NCBI GenBank assembly: GCA_965198115.1
Contig: OZ240241.1
Coordinates: 2,976,001 to 3,040,000, forward strand
Direction of reading: 5' to 3'
DNA from: Candidatus Latescibacterota bacterium
Lineage (GTDB): Bacteria > Latescibacterota > UBA2968
Length of the DNA stretch: 64,000 bases
The position numbers were made by a program, and so were the translations under genes. Shown one piece after another: positions 1 through 9,426 of this stretch. Under the pieces are notes generated by a model that did no database searches, was not told where the DNA came from, and worked only from the letters and a program-made list of their open reading frames with translations. Positions within the stretch are counted from its first letter, which is position 1. The number at the start of each line of letters is the position of its first letter.

Positions 1-147
1 GAGATCGACAAGCGACCCTACCCTAACGGGGTCAAGGTGACCGATGAACAGATGACCCAAATCGATCTCACTCCGCACGATTTCCACGGCGACTGGAACT
101 ACACGATCCGGCCAATGGCTCAACATTGAGATCGACCGTTTATTTAT
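1..147 (+). mobile_element. 3' end of an ISAzo13-family element (transposase tail to stop at 129); right IR interrupted by ISL3
   Basis: Identical to 7647-7793 of the ISAzo13 copy at 6510-7803; diverges exactly where the ISL3 IR begins at 148. Confidence 0.9.
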
Positions 148-1567
148 GGCTATATCCGGATCTCTCAACGAGATGAAGTGGGTGAAGGTGCCGTGGTTCC
201 TGGCATGGGGGCGCGGTTAGCGTGTGCGGAACCTCTTCGGAATCTGCTCAGGGATGTTTATGTCTCCGACGGTAAGGAAGATCATATCGTTGAATGCGTC
301 GAGTGTGCGGAATCCGCTGGCTCGGTTCTTGACGATTTGGACGATTCGGTTGAGGCCTTCGGCGATGGCGTTGGTAAGACGCGTGTTCACGAATGCGAGG
401 ACGCCGAAGAAGTGCTGTCGCAGGGTCCTGACGAACTTTCGCAGGGGTTCAAGTCGACTTCTGAGTGCGGACGTCGTCCAGCATTTCAGGAAGCGTTCGG
501 CAGCCCAGGGCGCTTTGTATTCCCAGAACTGCTCGAACTCGTCCTTGAGTCTCCAGGCTCTATAGATTCGGTAGTTCGCCTTCTCCAGTGCTTTGAGTGT
601 CCGAGTATCCCCTCTGGAGCGTGTCGCTGAGTGCCGGTAGAGGAGCCATCGGAGGCCCTTCATGGCTTTGCGCTCATCCGGGGCAGCTTTACGCCACTGG
701 TCCTTACGGACCTCGTCAACGGCGGCATTGAGAGCCTTGACGATGTGAAAGCGATCGAGGACCAGCTTGGCATTCGGACAGTGTTCCTGGATGGCTCCGA
801 TGTAAGCTTCGCTCATGTCGCAGCAGGCCCACTCGATCTTGGATCTCCGGTAGGGACTGAGAGCCTCTGTGAAGAACCGATCGATCGTTTTACGCGCCCT
901 GCCGCGGCCAACCCACACCACGCAGGAGCGGTCCAGATCGTAAACGAGCGTGGCGTACCTGTGACGCTTGGCGTAGGAGATCTCGTCGATCCCGATGGTT
1001 TTGAGCCCTCGGATACGATGACCTTCACGAAGCCGCGTGATGGATCGGTGAAGGAGATCCGACAGCGTCGAGGCAGAGATGCGCAGTAACTCGGACGCCG
1101 CCTTCTGCGTCATGGTCTGGCAGTAGCGCAGCATGGCATACTCGAAGCGATACGTCACCCGAGAGAACCGCTCCGCCCACGGAATCTCCTCGACCACACG
1201 ACCGTGGGTAGGACACCGAATCTCCCGAGGATGGTAGAGAAGCCAGACCCTCCACCCGCACACCGGAATGTCACGCCACCGACGCGGATGGGGCATTGTG
1301 CGGACGATTTTACCTCGACGGCCGCACTCCGGACAACAACAACCATTCTTATGTGGCTTTACGGCGATGACGAAGCAGCTTCTCCCCTCAAACCACCAGC
1401 TGACAACACGGAACCCCTTGAATCTCAGCAGTTTCGATAGTAATCTGCTCCCGGTCATAGGTCGCACCCCCTTCGCTTTGATTGTCCTACACACACAACC
1501 AAGCGTAGGGAACGATCTATGACCTTGTCATTCTATAGTTTCACCGTTGAGAAACCCGGATAGAGCC
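148..1567 (-). mobile_element. ISL3-family insertion sequence, copy 1
   Basis: Imperfect terminal IRs GGCTATATCCGGATCTCTCAACG / revcomp GGCTCTATCCGGGTTTCTCAACG; flanked by 10-bp direct repeat GTTTATTTAT (138-147, 1568-1577). Confidence 0.95.
217..1494 (-). CDS. ISL3-family transposase
   Basis: N-terminal zinc ribbon (CPECG...CPTH), IGIDE, CCDM, LDRFH and TNAIAEGLN motifs; start may be the ATG of MTGSRLL. Confidence 0.95.
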   Translation of the reverse strand: MCRTIKAKGVRPMTGSRLLSKLLRFKGFRVVSWWFEGRSCFVIAVKPHKNGCCCPECGRRGKIVRTMPHPRRWRDIPVCGWRVWLLYHPREIRCPTHGRVVEEIPWAERFSRVTYRFEYAMLRYCQTMTQKAASELLRISASTLSDLLHRSITRLREGHRIRGLKTIGIDEISYAKRHRYATLVYDLDRSCVVWVGRGRARKTIDRFFTEALSPYRRSKIEWACCDMSEAYIGAIQEHCPNAKLVLDRFHIVKALNAAVDEVRKDQWRKAAPDERKAMKGLRWLLYRHSATRSRGDTRTLKALEKANYRIYRAWRLKDEFEQFWEYKAPWAAERFLKCWTTSALRSRLEPLRKFVRTLRQHFFGVLAFVNTRLTNAIAEGLNRIVQIVKNRASGFRTLDAFNDMIFLTVGDINIPEQIPKRFRTR

Positions 1568-1577
1568 GTTTATTTAT

Positions 1578-2997
1578 GGCTATATCCGGATCTCTCAACG
1601 AGATGAAGTGGGTGAAGGTGCCGTGGTTCCTGGCATGGGGGCGCGGTTAGCGTGTGCGGAACCTCTTCGGAATCTGCTCAGGGATGTTTATGTCTCCGAC
1701 GGTAAGGAAGATCATATCGTTGAATGCGTCGAGTGTGCGGAATCCGCTGGCTCGGTTCTTGACGATTTGGACGATTCGGTTGAGGCCTTCGGCGATGGCG
1801 TTGGTAAGACGCGTGTTCACGAATGCGAGGACGCCGAAGAAGTGCTGTCGCAGGGTCCTGACGAACTTTCGCAGGGGTTCAAGTCGACTTCTGAGTGCGG
1901 ACGTCGTCCAGCATTTCAGGAAGCGTTCGGCAGCCCAGGGCGCTTTGTATTCCCAGAACTGCTCGAACTCGTCCTTGAGTCTCCAGGCTCTATAGATTCG
2001 GTAGTTCGCCTTCTCCAGTGCTTTGAGTGTCCGAGTATCCCCTCTGGAGCGTGTCGCTGAGTGCCGGTAGAGGAGCCATCGGAGGCCCTTCATGGCTTTG
2101 CGCTCATCCGGGGCAGCTTTACGCCACTGGTCCTTACGGACCTCGTCAACGGCGGCATTGAGAGCCTTGACGATGTGAAAGCGATCGAGGACCAGCTTGG
2201 CATTCGGACAGTGTTCCTGGATGGCTCCGATGTAAGCTTCGCTCATGTCGCAGCAGGCCCACTCGATCTTGGATCTCCGGTAGGGACTGAGAGCCTCTGT
2301 GAAGAACCGATCGATCGTTTTACGCGCCCTGCCGCGGCCAACCCACACCACGCAGGAGCGGTCCAGATCGTAAACGAGCGTGGCGTACCTGTGACGCTTG
2401 GCGTAGGAGATCTCGTCGATCCCGATGGTTTTGAGCCCTCGGATACGATGACCTTCACGAAGCCGCGTGATGGATCGGTGAAGGAGATCCGACAGCGTCG
2501 AGGCAGAGATGCGCAGTAACTCGGACGCCGCCTTCTGCGTCATGGTCTGGCAGTAGCGCAGCATGGCATACTCGAAGCGATACGTCACCCGAGAGAACCG
2601 CTCCGCCCACGGAATCTCCTCGACCACACGACCGTGGGTAGGACACCGAATCTCCCGAGGATGGTAGAGAAGCCAGACCCTCCACCCGCACACCGGAATG
2701 TCACGCCACCGACGCGGATGGGGCATTGTGCGGACGATTTTACCTCGACGGCCGCACTCCGGACAACAACAACCATTCTTATGTGGCTTTACGGCGATGA
2801 CGAAGCAGCTTCTCCCCTCAAACCACCAGCTGACAACACGGAACCCCTTGAATCTCAGCAGTTTCGATAGTAATCTGCTCCCGGTCATAGGTCGCACCCC
2901 CTTCGCTTTGATTGTCCTACACACACAACCAAGCGTAGGGAACGATCTATGACCTTGTCATTCTATAGTTTCACCGTTGAGAAACCCGGATAGAGCC
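1578..2997 (-). mobile_element. ISL3-family insertion sequence, copy 2 (tandem, apparently identical to copy 1)
   Basis: 1430-bp periodicity with copy 1; same IRs; right flank is the truncated IS1380 left end. Confidence 0.93.
1647..2924 (-). CDS. ISL3-family transposase (copy 2)
   Basis: Translation identical to 217-1494. Confidence 0.95.
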   Translation of the reverse strand: MCRTIKAKGVRPMTGSRLLSKLLRFKGFRVVSWWFEGRSCFVIAVKPHKNGCCCPECGRRGKIVRTMPHPRRWRDIPVCGWRVWLLYHPREIRCPTHGRVVEEIPWAERFSRVTYRFEYAMLRYCQTMTQKAASELLRISASTLSDLLHRSITRLREGHRIRGLKTIGIDEISYAKRHRYATLVYDLDRSCVVWVGRGRARKTIDRFFTEALSPYRRSKIEWACCDMSEAYIGAIQEHCPNAKLVLDRFHIVKALNAAVDEVRKDQWRKAAPDERKAMKGLRWLLYRHSATRSRGDTRTLKALEKANYRIYRAWRLKDEFEQFWEYKAPWAAERFLKCWTTSALRSRLEPLRKFVRTLRQHFFGVLAFVNTRLTNAIAEGLNRIVQIVKNRASGFRTLDAFNDMIFLTVGDINIPEQIPKRFRTR

Positions 2998-4556
2998 CAT
3001 AAAAAAGGTAGTCTCCTTGTACAAGTGTTTGTTTTTCCCTACATTAGGGCTGACACATCAAAACAACACTTGGAAGGAACTACCGTGATAGAACCTAGTC
3101 AGATCCGGTTACCATTCGCAAGCATTTCGGGCAAGGTAGTTGAGGCTGATTTTGCCGGTGGCGCCGTCAGGAGTGACGGTGGAGTTCTGTTGCTTCGCGC
3201 CCTTGAGTCTCAGATGGGATTGATCGCCAGAATGGTAGATGCTTTGCGAGATCGTCGTCACCCAAGCTATATCGATCACACGCTTTTGGATCTTGTGAAG
3301 CAGCGTGTTTTTCAGATCGCTTGCGGCTATGAAGATGCCGTCGATTGTGATGATTTGCGCCACGATCCGGGCGTCAAGGCTGCCTGCGATCGGCTTCCTC
3401 TTTCCGGTCCTGATCTCGGGAGCCAATCAACGATGACACGACTTGAGAATGATGTGCGACGCTCGGATTTGTATCGGCTCGCACGGGCTTTTGTAGACGG
3501 GTTCATCGCATCGTATGACCAGGCACCCCCAAGCATCATTCTCGATATCGACGACACGGATGACCCAACGCACGGTGCGCAACAATTTTCACTCTTCAAC
3601 GCGTATTACAATGAACACTGCTATATGCCGCTACATATCTATGAAGGCCAAAGCGGCAAGCTCATTACGACGATCTTGAGACCCGGGCATCCGACGAACG
3701 GTAAACAGGTCGTTTCTATTCTCAAGCGCTTGGTGGAACACCTACGCGGATCTTGGCCAAACGTGGAGATCATCGTTCGCGCAGACTCAAAGTTCAGCTC
3801 ACCAGAGATGCACGATTTCTGCGAAGACAACGGTATCTACTACGTTCTGGGCCAGGGCGCCAACTCCAAGCTCAAAGCGGCTGGACAAAACCTGATGGAC
3901 CAAGCGCTACGTCTGAGCGAGCATAAGGAGACGATTCGCTTGTTCTCATCCTTCTCATATCAGGCTGGCACCTACCGGCAGCCTCGCCGGATCATTCACA
4001 AGGCTGAAGTCACAAACGGCGAAGCAAATCCAAGATACCGCGTGACCAATTTACAGAGTAATCGAGACGGCTTTATCTATGATCGTATCCGATCGAACAT
4101 CGTGCCACAAGTTTGAAGCCAACCAGTTCCGACTCTTTCTACACAGTGCTGCATACGCCTTGCTTCACGCACTCCGATCACAGGGACTCAAGGGCACCGC
4201 GTGGACCAAACCTCAGGTCAACACGATACAGAACCGTTTCCTCAAAATCGGCGCGAGAGTCATTGAAAGCGCACGAAGAATCCGATTCCATTTTCCAACA
4301 TCGTATCCACTCAAAAACGTCTTGGTGTCAATCATCACCAGGCTCGAAACGAACACGCAGTAACAACGCCGATCTATACCGGGGACAGCTATGTACACGT
4401 CGCAAAACAACACCTGTTCCGGACGAAAATCGTGACTCTTGCGACTCGTAGAGACCGCTTACGGGACCTTGGACATCCGAAGAAGCCGAGAACAAATCCT
4501 GTGCGTGATCACATCACTCCAAAACAACCTAAACTCAAATTCATGCATGATTCAGG
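2998..4556 (+). mobile_element. IS1380-family element, copy 1 (left IR lacks its first 11 bp)
   Basis: Matches the copy at 33355-36362 from CATAAAAAAGG onward; right IR ATGCATGATTCAGG ends at 4556. Confidence 0.92.
3085..4363 (+). pseudogene. IS1380 transposase, frameshifted by a 59-bp deletion near 4089
   Basis: SDGG, GYED, LDIDDT and RADS motifs; compared with copy 2 it lacks the segment encoding YCARGRTEGFIKDHK; C-terminus (SCHKFEANQFRL) is in another frame. Confidence 0.9.
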
Positions 4557-4579
4557 CTTAGAGGGGAAAGGAGACCGAT

Positions 4580-5005
4580 ATGAAACGGTTTTGCATACCG
4601 GTGGCAATCGTAGCAGCACTTGTAGTAGGCGCGATGATAGGCAGTCCGTGGCAGACGGGCGCTCAAGAGTCCACAACCGAGGTGTCCGATCCGTTCCACG
4701 GCGACAACTTCATGTATATCGCAGACTGGGCGATCGCACCTGGGCAGATTCCTAATGAGTCTATCGAGGAAGCAAAACGATACGTGCGGGGACTACGGGC
4801 AACAGGCGAACTTACGTCGGTGAGGTTGTTCATCCATAACACGGGCCCGAGCTTCTCGGTTTACATCGTGCTCGAGTCACCCGACTGGGCAAGCATCGAG
4901 GCGGGATGGTCGTCGTTCCTTGGTGTAAATCCTGACATCCTCGCCTCACCGTGGAAGCGGGGAAGGCACCAGGACAACATTATCAGCGAGATCGTTGTCG
5001 AGTAG
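4580..5005 (+). CDS. Secreted hypothetical protein (141 aa)
   Basis: AAGGAG RBS, ATG start, signal-peptide-like N-terminus. Confidence 0.75.
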   Translation: MKRFCIPVAIVAALVVGAMIGSPWQTGAQESTTEVSDPFHGDNFMYIADWAIAPGQIPNESIEEAKRYVRGLRATGELTSVRLFIHNTGPSFSVYIVLESPDWASIEAGWSSFLGVNPDILASPWKRGRHQDNIISEIVVE

Positions 5006-5020
5006 GCCATTCATAGATAG

Positions 5021-5113
5021 GGAGGAACCATCGGTGTGAGGAGGAGCGAAGTGGGTAAGGGCAGCACGTTTACGGTGTAGGTGCCGGTGGCGTATCGCGA
5101 GCCGGCGACTTGA
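5021..5113 (+). pseudogene. Degenerate 3' tail of a sensor histidine kinase (end of HATPase_c domain)
   Basis: Translates as GGTIGVRRSEVGKGSTFTV*VPVAYREPAT*. Confidence 0.8.
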
Positions 5114-5130
5114 TGCACAGGAGGGCCAAA

Positions 5131-5610
5131 ATGAAGGCCGCACTCGATTTCTCAATCCTATTGGTACTGGGCTTGTTGGTGGGCTGTGGGACGCCTCACG
5201 AGGGAGCGGACGATGAAGCTGATATTGCGGCGATAAAGAGTCTGAGCAAACAGGCCCAGGCGGCCTACATCGCCCGTGACTGGGAAGGGTTCGCGAGCTT
5301 CTTCACCGATGATGGCGTATGGATGCCGTCAGGCAAGCTGCCCTTGATCGGCAAAGAGGCGTGGTGGTCGTGGATCGGAGGTGGGTGGGATCGAGGCACG
5401 ATCGATAAGATGGACCTATCCCACGATGAGATCGTTGTAGCTGGCGACTGGGCTTTTGAACGGCATAGCGAAAGTACGGTTTCAACCAGGGGCGGCGAAA
5501 CACGTGAGCGCCACTACAAAGGGGTCTGGATACTGCGAAGACAGGCAGACGGTTCCTGGAAGATTGCCCGCTATATCTGGAACCGCAATCCCGCACCCGC
5601 TGACAGTTAG
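5131..5610 (+). CDS. DUF4440/SnoaL-like (NTF2 fold) lipoprotein
   Basis: CAGGAGG RBS before ATG 5131; lipobox LLVGC; DIAAI..., GDWAFE and RQADGSWKIAR motifs. Confidence 0.85.
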   Translation: MKAALDFSILLVLGLLVGCGTPHEGADDEADIAAIKSLSKQAQAAYIARDWEGFASFFTDDGVWMPSGKLPLIGKEAWWSWIGGGWDRGTIDKMDLSHDEIVVAGDWAFERHSESTVSTRGGETRERHYKGVWILRRQADGSWKIARYIWNRNPAPADS

Positions 5611-5612
5611 GC

Positions 5613-5710
5613 GCGGAGTTGCTCGGCGGGACCATCGGCGTGGACAGCGAGGTGGGCAAGGCAGCACGTTCACGGTGCGGGTGCCGGTGACCTACCAAGA
5701 ACAGTCGTAA
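5613..5710 (+). pseudogene. Second degenerate histidine-kinase 3' tail
   Basis: AELLGGTIGVDSEVGK/(1-nt loss)/STFTVRVPVTYQEQS*; similar to 5021-5113. Confidence 0.8.
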
Positions 5711-5731
5711 CCAAGCATTCTGTTGAGGAAC

Positions 5732-5766
5732 GAAAGCCCCCGCTGGTATAGGCTGGCGGGGCTTTC
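5732..5766. terminator. GC-rich hairpin, probable intrinsic terminator
   Basis: GAAAGCCCCCGC...GCGGGGCTTTC inverted repeat. Confidence 0.6.
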
Positions 5767-5928
5767 ACGCTCCTGATGATGCTCGGATCTTGACGTTCTT
5801 CCTACGAATGCGACACCGTTAACTCTAGCGGGCTGATTCTGCCTATATTCTCTATAGTCGTGGCTGCTTATGCATCCTGGCCAATCGATACAGAGTTCTA
5901 ACCCTCAGCGCACGAAAGGGGTCAAGAA

Positions 5929-6048
5929 ATGGGTGACAAAGGCAAGAAGGATAAGGAAAAGAAGCTGAAACAGCGGGCGAAGAAGAAAAGTCAGGACGCG
6001 AAGGTGAAGCACGATAAGAACCACAAAGCTCGGACACAAGTTGTGTGA
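5929..6048 (+). CDS. Small lysine-rich protein, 39 aa (not in the ORF track)
   Basis: GAAAGGGG RBS, ATG; MGDKGKKDKEKKLKQRAKKKSQDAKVKHDKNHKARTQVV*. Confidence 0.65.
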   Translation: MGDKGKKDKEKKLKQRAKKKSQDAKVKHDKNHKARTQVV

Positions 6049-6245
6049 AGACTCAGCACCTTTGACAGCTACCTCGACGGGTCTGCTTAGCAAGGGTCTT
6101 GTAGACACGAAACGGATGTTGCTACTGAAGTAGTACCATCTTCTGAGCCAAATTAAGGCCCCCGATAGCATACGTTGGCGGGCAAACAGCGGCCCCCTTT
6201 CTCGAGTGAGAGAGGGGGCTTCCTGTTGAGAGGTGTTATGGTCAT

Positions 6246-6410
6246 CTAAACGTCGTTATCTGCTACGAGAAGGTCTACGCCCGAGTCGCTGAGAATCTTG
6301 GGAAGGGATTGTTCATATGCAGTTTTGTCAGTTTCGAAACTGGACGCGAACTGCCTCACCAGTTGTAAGAGAGGATCTTTGTCTTTGATGTTGGCTTCGC
6401 GGATTATCAT
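6246..6410 (-). pseudogene. N-terminal fragment of a GNAT-like acetyltransferase (54 aa)
   Basis: MIIREANIKDKDPLLQLVRQF...DLLVAD resembles GNAT beta1-alpha1-beta2; stops before the acetyl-CoA-binding motif A. Confidence 0.55.
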
Positions 6411-6509
6411 CGTCTTTCCGACTCTCTACCCAATTCGACGAGTCGAGCTGCCCAAGGGTTGCCTCCCTGCATCCGGTCTCTGGCCTCGGCCTGCCTTGCG
6501 GCTAACTAA

Positions 6510-7803
6510 GGGTTTGCCACGAAATAAGTGCTGCACTTTTCAAGGTAATGATCTTACGCTCGGAGTGTGGACGTCGAAACTCTCCGAACGAAGTATGAAG
6601 CCTTGGCTCCGGTGCTGACGGAACGCACGCGTCGTCTGTGGGCCGCCACGGAAGCCGAAGCGTTGGGTCACGGTGGGATCGCGATTGTGGCTCTGGCGAC
6701 AGGAATGTCCAGAGAGCGGATCTTTCGTGGCATTCAGGAGTTGAGGTCGGACGAACCTTTGGACCCGGCTCGCATCCGGCGTCCAGGCGGCGGTCGTAAG
6801 CGGAAGGCCGACACGGACCCGACGCTGTGGCAGGACCTGAATGATCTGGTCGAGCCAACGACTGCGGGGTCGCCTGACGACAATCCTCTGAGATGGACAT
6901 CGAAGAGCACTCGCAAACTGGCCGCCGAGTTGCAAGCGATGGGGCATTCGGTGAGCCCCAGGATCGTTGCCAATCTCCTGCACGAACACGATTACACGCT
7001 GCAGGCGAATCGGAAGACAAGGGAGGGATCTGCACACCCGGATCGGGACGCTCAGTTCGTTTACCTCGATGATCGGATTAGCCAGCAGCAGCAGCAGGGC
7101 CTTCCCGTTATCTCGGTGGACACCAAGAAGAAAGAGTTGATCGGCGACTTCAAGAATCCTGGCCGAGAATGGCGACCCAAGGGAGACCCGGAGCGTGTGA
7201 AGGTACACGATTTCATAGTGCCTGCTCAGGGCAAGGCGATCCCTTATGGAGTGTATGATCTGAGCCGTGATGAAGGCTGGGTAAGTGTCGGTATCGATCA
7301 CGACACGGCCAGCTTCGCCGTGAATGCGATCCGAAGTTGGTGGAAGAACATGGGACGGCCCGCCTACGGCACTTCGACGCATCTGCTAATCACGGCGGAC
7401 GCAGGCGGCAGCAACGGCGCCAAGACGCGGCTGTGGAAGTGGGAGCTGCAGCGCTTTGCGAATCGCACTGGCCTGACGATCACCGTATGCCACTACCCTC
7501 CTGGCACTAGTAAGTGGAACAAGATCGAACATCGCCTGTTCTCCTTCATCGCTATGAACTGGCGAGGCAAGCCCCTGGTCAGCCTGGCTGCAACCGTGAA
7601 TCTCATTGCCGGAACGACCACTCAAGCCGGTCTCCGAGTACGCTCCGAGATCGACAAGCGACCCTACCCTAACGGGGTCAAGGTGACCGATGAACAGATG
7701 ACCCAAATCGATCTCACTCCGCACGATTTCCACGGCGACTGGAACTACACGATCCGGCCAATGGCTCAACATTGAGATCGACCGTTTATTTATTCGCGAA
7801 CCC
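6510..7803 (+). mobile_element. ISAzo13-family element
   Basis: Imperfect ends GGGTTTGCCACGAAATAA / revcomp GGGTTCGCGAATAAATAA bracket the transposase; exact terminal base uncertain by about 1 nt. Confidence 0.85.
6567..7775 (+). CDS. ISAzo13-family (Rhodopirellula-type) transposase
   Basis: RRPGGGRK, LRWTSKS, HPDRDAQF, ISVDTKKKEL, ADAGGSNG, PPGTSKWNKIEHRLFS and FHGDWNY motifs. Confidence 0.95.
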   Translation: MDVETLRTKYEALAPVLTERTRRLWAATEAEALGHGGIAIVALATGMSRERIFRGIQELRSDEPLDPARIRRPGGGRKRKADTDPTLWQDLNDLVEPTTAGSPDDNPLRWTSKSTRKLAAELQAMGHSVSPRIVANLLHEHDYTLQANRKTREGSAHPDRDAQFVYLDDRISQQQQQGLPVISVDTKKKELIGDFKNPGREWRPKGDPERVKVHDFIVPAQGKAIPYGVYDLSRDEGWVSVGIDHDTASFAVNAIRSWWKNMGRPAYGTSTHLLITADAGGSNGAKTRLWKWELQRFANRTGLTITVCHYPPGTSKWNKIEHRLFSFIAMNWRGKPLVSLAATVNLIAGTTTQAGLRVRSEIDKRPYPNGVKVTDEQMTQIDLTPHDFHGDWNYTIRPMAQH

Positions 7804-8448
7804 GGTTATCGAGAGTCTACAGAATCCTGGCTCACGGTGCTCCGGGATCTCCGGGATCGCGGGCTCGAACATCCTGTCCTGATCGCCGCGGACGGGAATA
7901 TGGGCATCTGGGCGGCCGTTGATCAGGTCTGGCCAGAGAGCCGGCAACAACGGTGCTGGAACCACAAGATCCTCAACGTGCTCGACAAGGTCGCCAAGCG
8001 TGCACAGGCTGAAGCCCGCGCACTGCTCGTCCAGATCCCCTATGCCGGCACGAAAAAGGAGGCCGAGAAGCTCCGGAAACGCTTTGCCGCACGGTATCGC
8101 TCACAGTTCCCTGCCGCCGTGGAGACGCTCGAAAGAAACTGGGATCGGATGGTCACGTTCTACGACTTCCCGAAGGAACACTGGAAACACCTGAGAACCA
8201 CGAACGTCGTCGAGAGCCCCTTTGCTTCCGTTCGGCTTCGCACAAACGCCGCCAGGCGATTCAAGAAAGTCAGGAACGCCACGGCTCTCATCTGGCGTAC
8301 GCTCAAGGTCGCAGAGAGCCGATTCAGGAAACTCACCGCGCCACACTTGCTACAACAAGTCTACGATCAGAAACACTCAACCGGACCGCAGGTCGAAACC
8401 GGGAAGATGGCCGCCTGATTTCTTTTACACACCTATTGACCTGAGCTC
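7798..8448 (+). mobile_element. 5'-truncated IS256-family element (transposase C-terminal half, stop at 8418)
   Basis: Near-identical to 31423-32073; intact right IR ending GAGCTC at 8448. Confidence 0.93.
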
Positions 8449-9346
8449 ACCAGATCTCTACCTGGTTTAGCCAGGAGGCATACGTTGGTGTGTAGTGCAC
8501 GTGGTATCTTTTACGTGAGGTGAGCCAACGTTTGACGTTCTGGTGCTTGTGAGTGCCGTAGTTATCGACGACCAGATGGATGTCGAGATCCTTCGGGACG
8601 TTTTTGTCAATGTGCTTGAGGAACTGAAGGAACTCTCTGTTGCGATGTCTGGGCTTGCACTGAGTCAGGACTTTTCCTGATGCGATGTTGAGCGCCGCAA
8701 AGAGGGTAGTCGTGCCGTGCCGTGTATAGCTGTGAGTGACGCCCTCGACATACCCGAGGCCCAAAGGGAGAATCGGTTGCGTCCGTTCGAGTGCTTGAAT
8801 CTGGCTCTTCTCGTCTATGCAGAGCACCATTGCGTTGTCCGGCGGGTTCAGGTATAAACCGACGATATCCCTGACTGTCTCGACGAAGAAGGGATCGTTC
8901 GACAGCTTGAAGTGCTTCTGACGATGCGGCTGCAGTCCAAAGGCTCTCCATACACGTTGCACTGTGGACTTTGAGAGGCCCGTCTCATCGGCCATCGCTC
9001 GACAGGTCCAGTGGGTGGCATTCTTCGGCTTCTTCTTGAGCGTCTTGTAGATGAGTGAGGAGATCTCTTCGTCGCTAACGGACCGCGGACCACCAGGACG
9101 TAACTCGTCATACAGTCCCATCAAGCCTTGCTCGCAGAAGCGACGGCGCCATTTGCCAACGGACGCTCCGGACAACCCGACTCGTTCGGCGATCTCCTGA
9201 TTGGTCAGACCACCATCGCTCAGCAGGACGATCTTCGCCCGACGCACCAGAGCGTGAGGCATGCTGCGCGAACCGGACAACGACTGGAGTTGATCGCGGA
9301 CTTCATCACTGATGTTCAGTGGTTGTAACGGACGACCTCTTGCCAT
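8447..9346 (-). pseudogene. IS630 transposase truncated just after NQVEIW
   Basis: HTH N-terminus, CIDEKSQIQAL, RHGTTTLFAAL, VVDNYGTHK and TPTYASWLNQVE motifs; the stop codon is supplied by the IS256 end. Confidence 0.92.
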
Positions 9347-9426
9347 CGGTTCCTCCTCACAATGAGTGCCTGAGGAACCTTACGACTGTATCACGAATTT
9401 TTCTAGTTATTCCTGAGACGAGACAC
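8449..9426 (-). mobile_element. IS630-family element, 3' part lost at the IS256 junction
   Basis: Left end GTGTCTCGTCTC follows the TA of a CTAG site (9426-9429) on the minus strand. Confidence 0.8.

Noticed and set aside
1568-1600. Hybrid junction promoter at the ISL3 dimer junction (minus-strand TTGAGA followed by an AT-rich spacer)
   Set aside because: No good -10 hexamer at 16-18 bp spacing; too weak to call
4580-6510. Integron cassette array (small genes; GTTAGGC near 5606; GTTAGCC on the minus strand near 6500)
   Set aside because: No integron integrase in the window and no RYYYAAC...GTTRRRY attC hairpins after the genes; the recurring spacer is a kinase remnant
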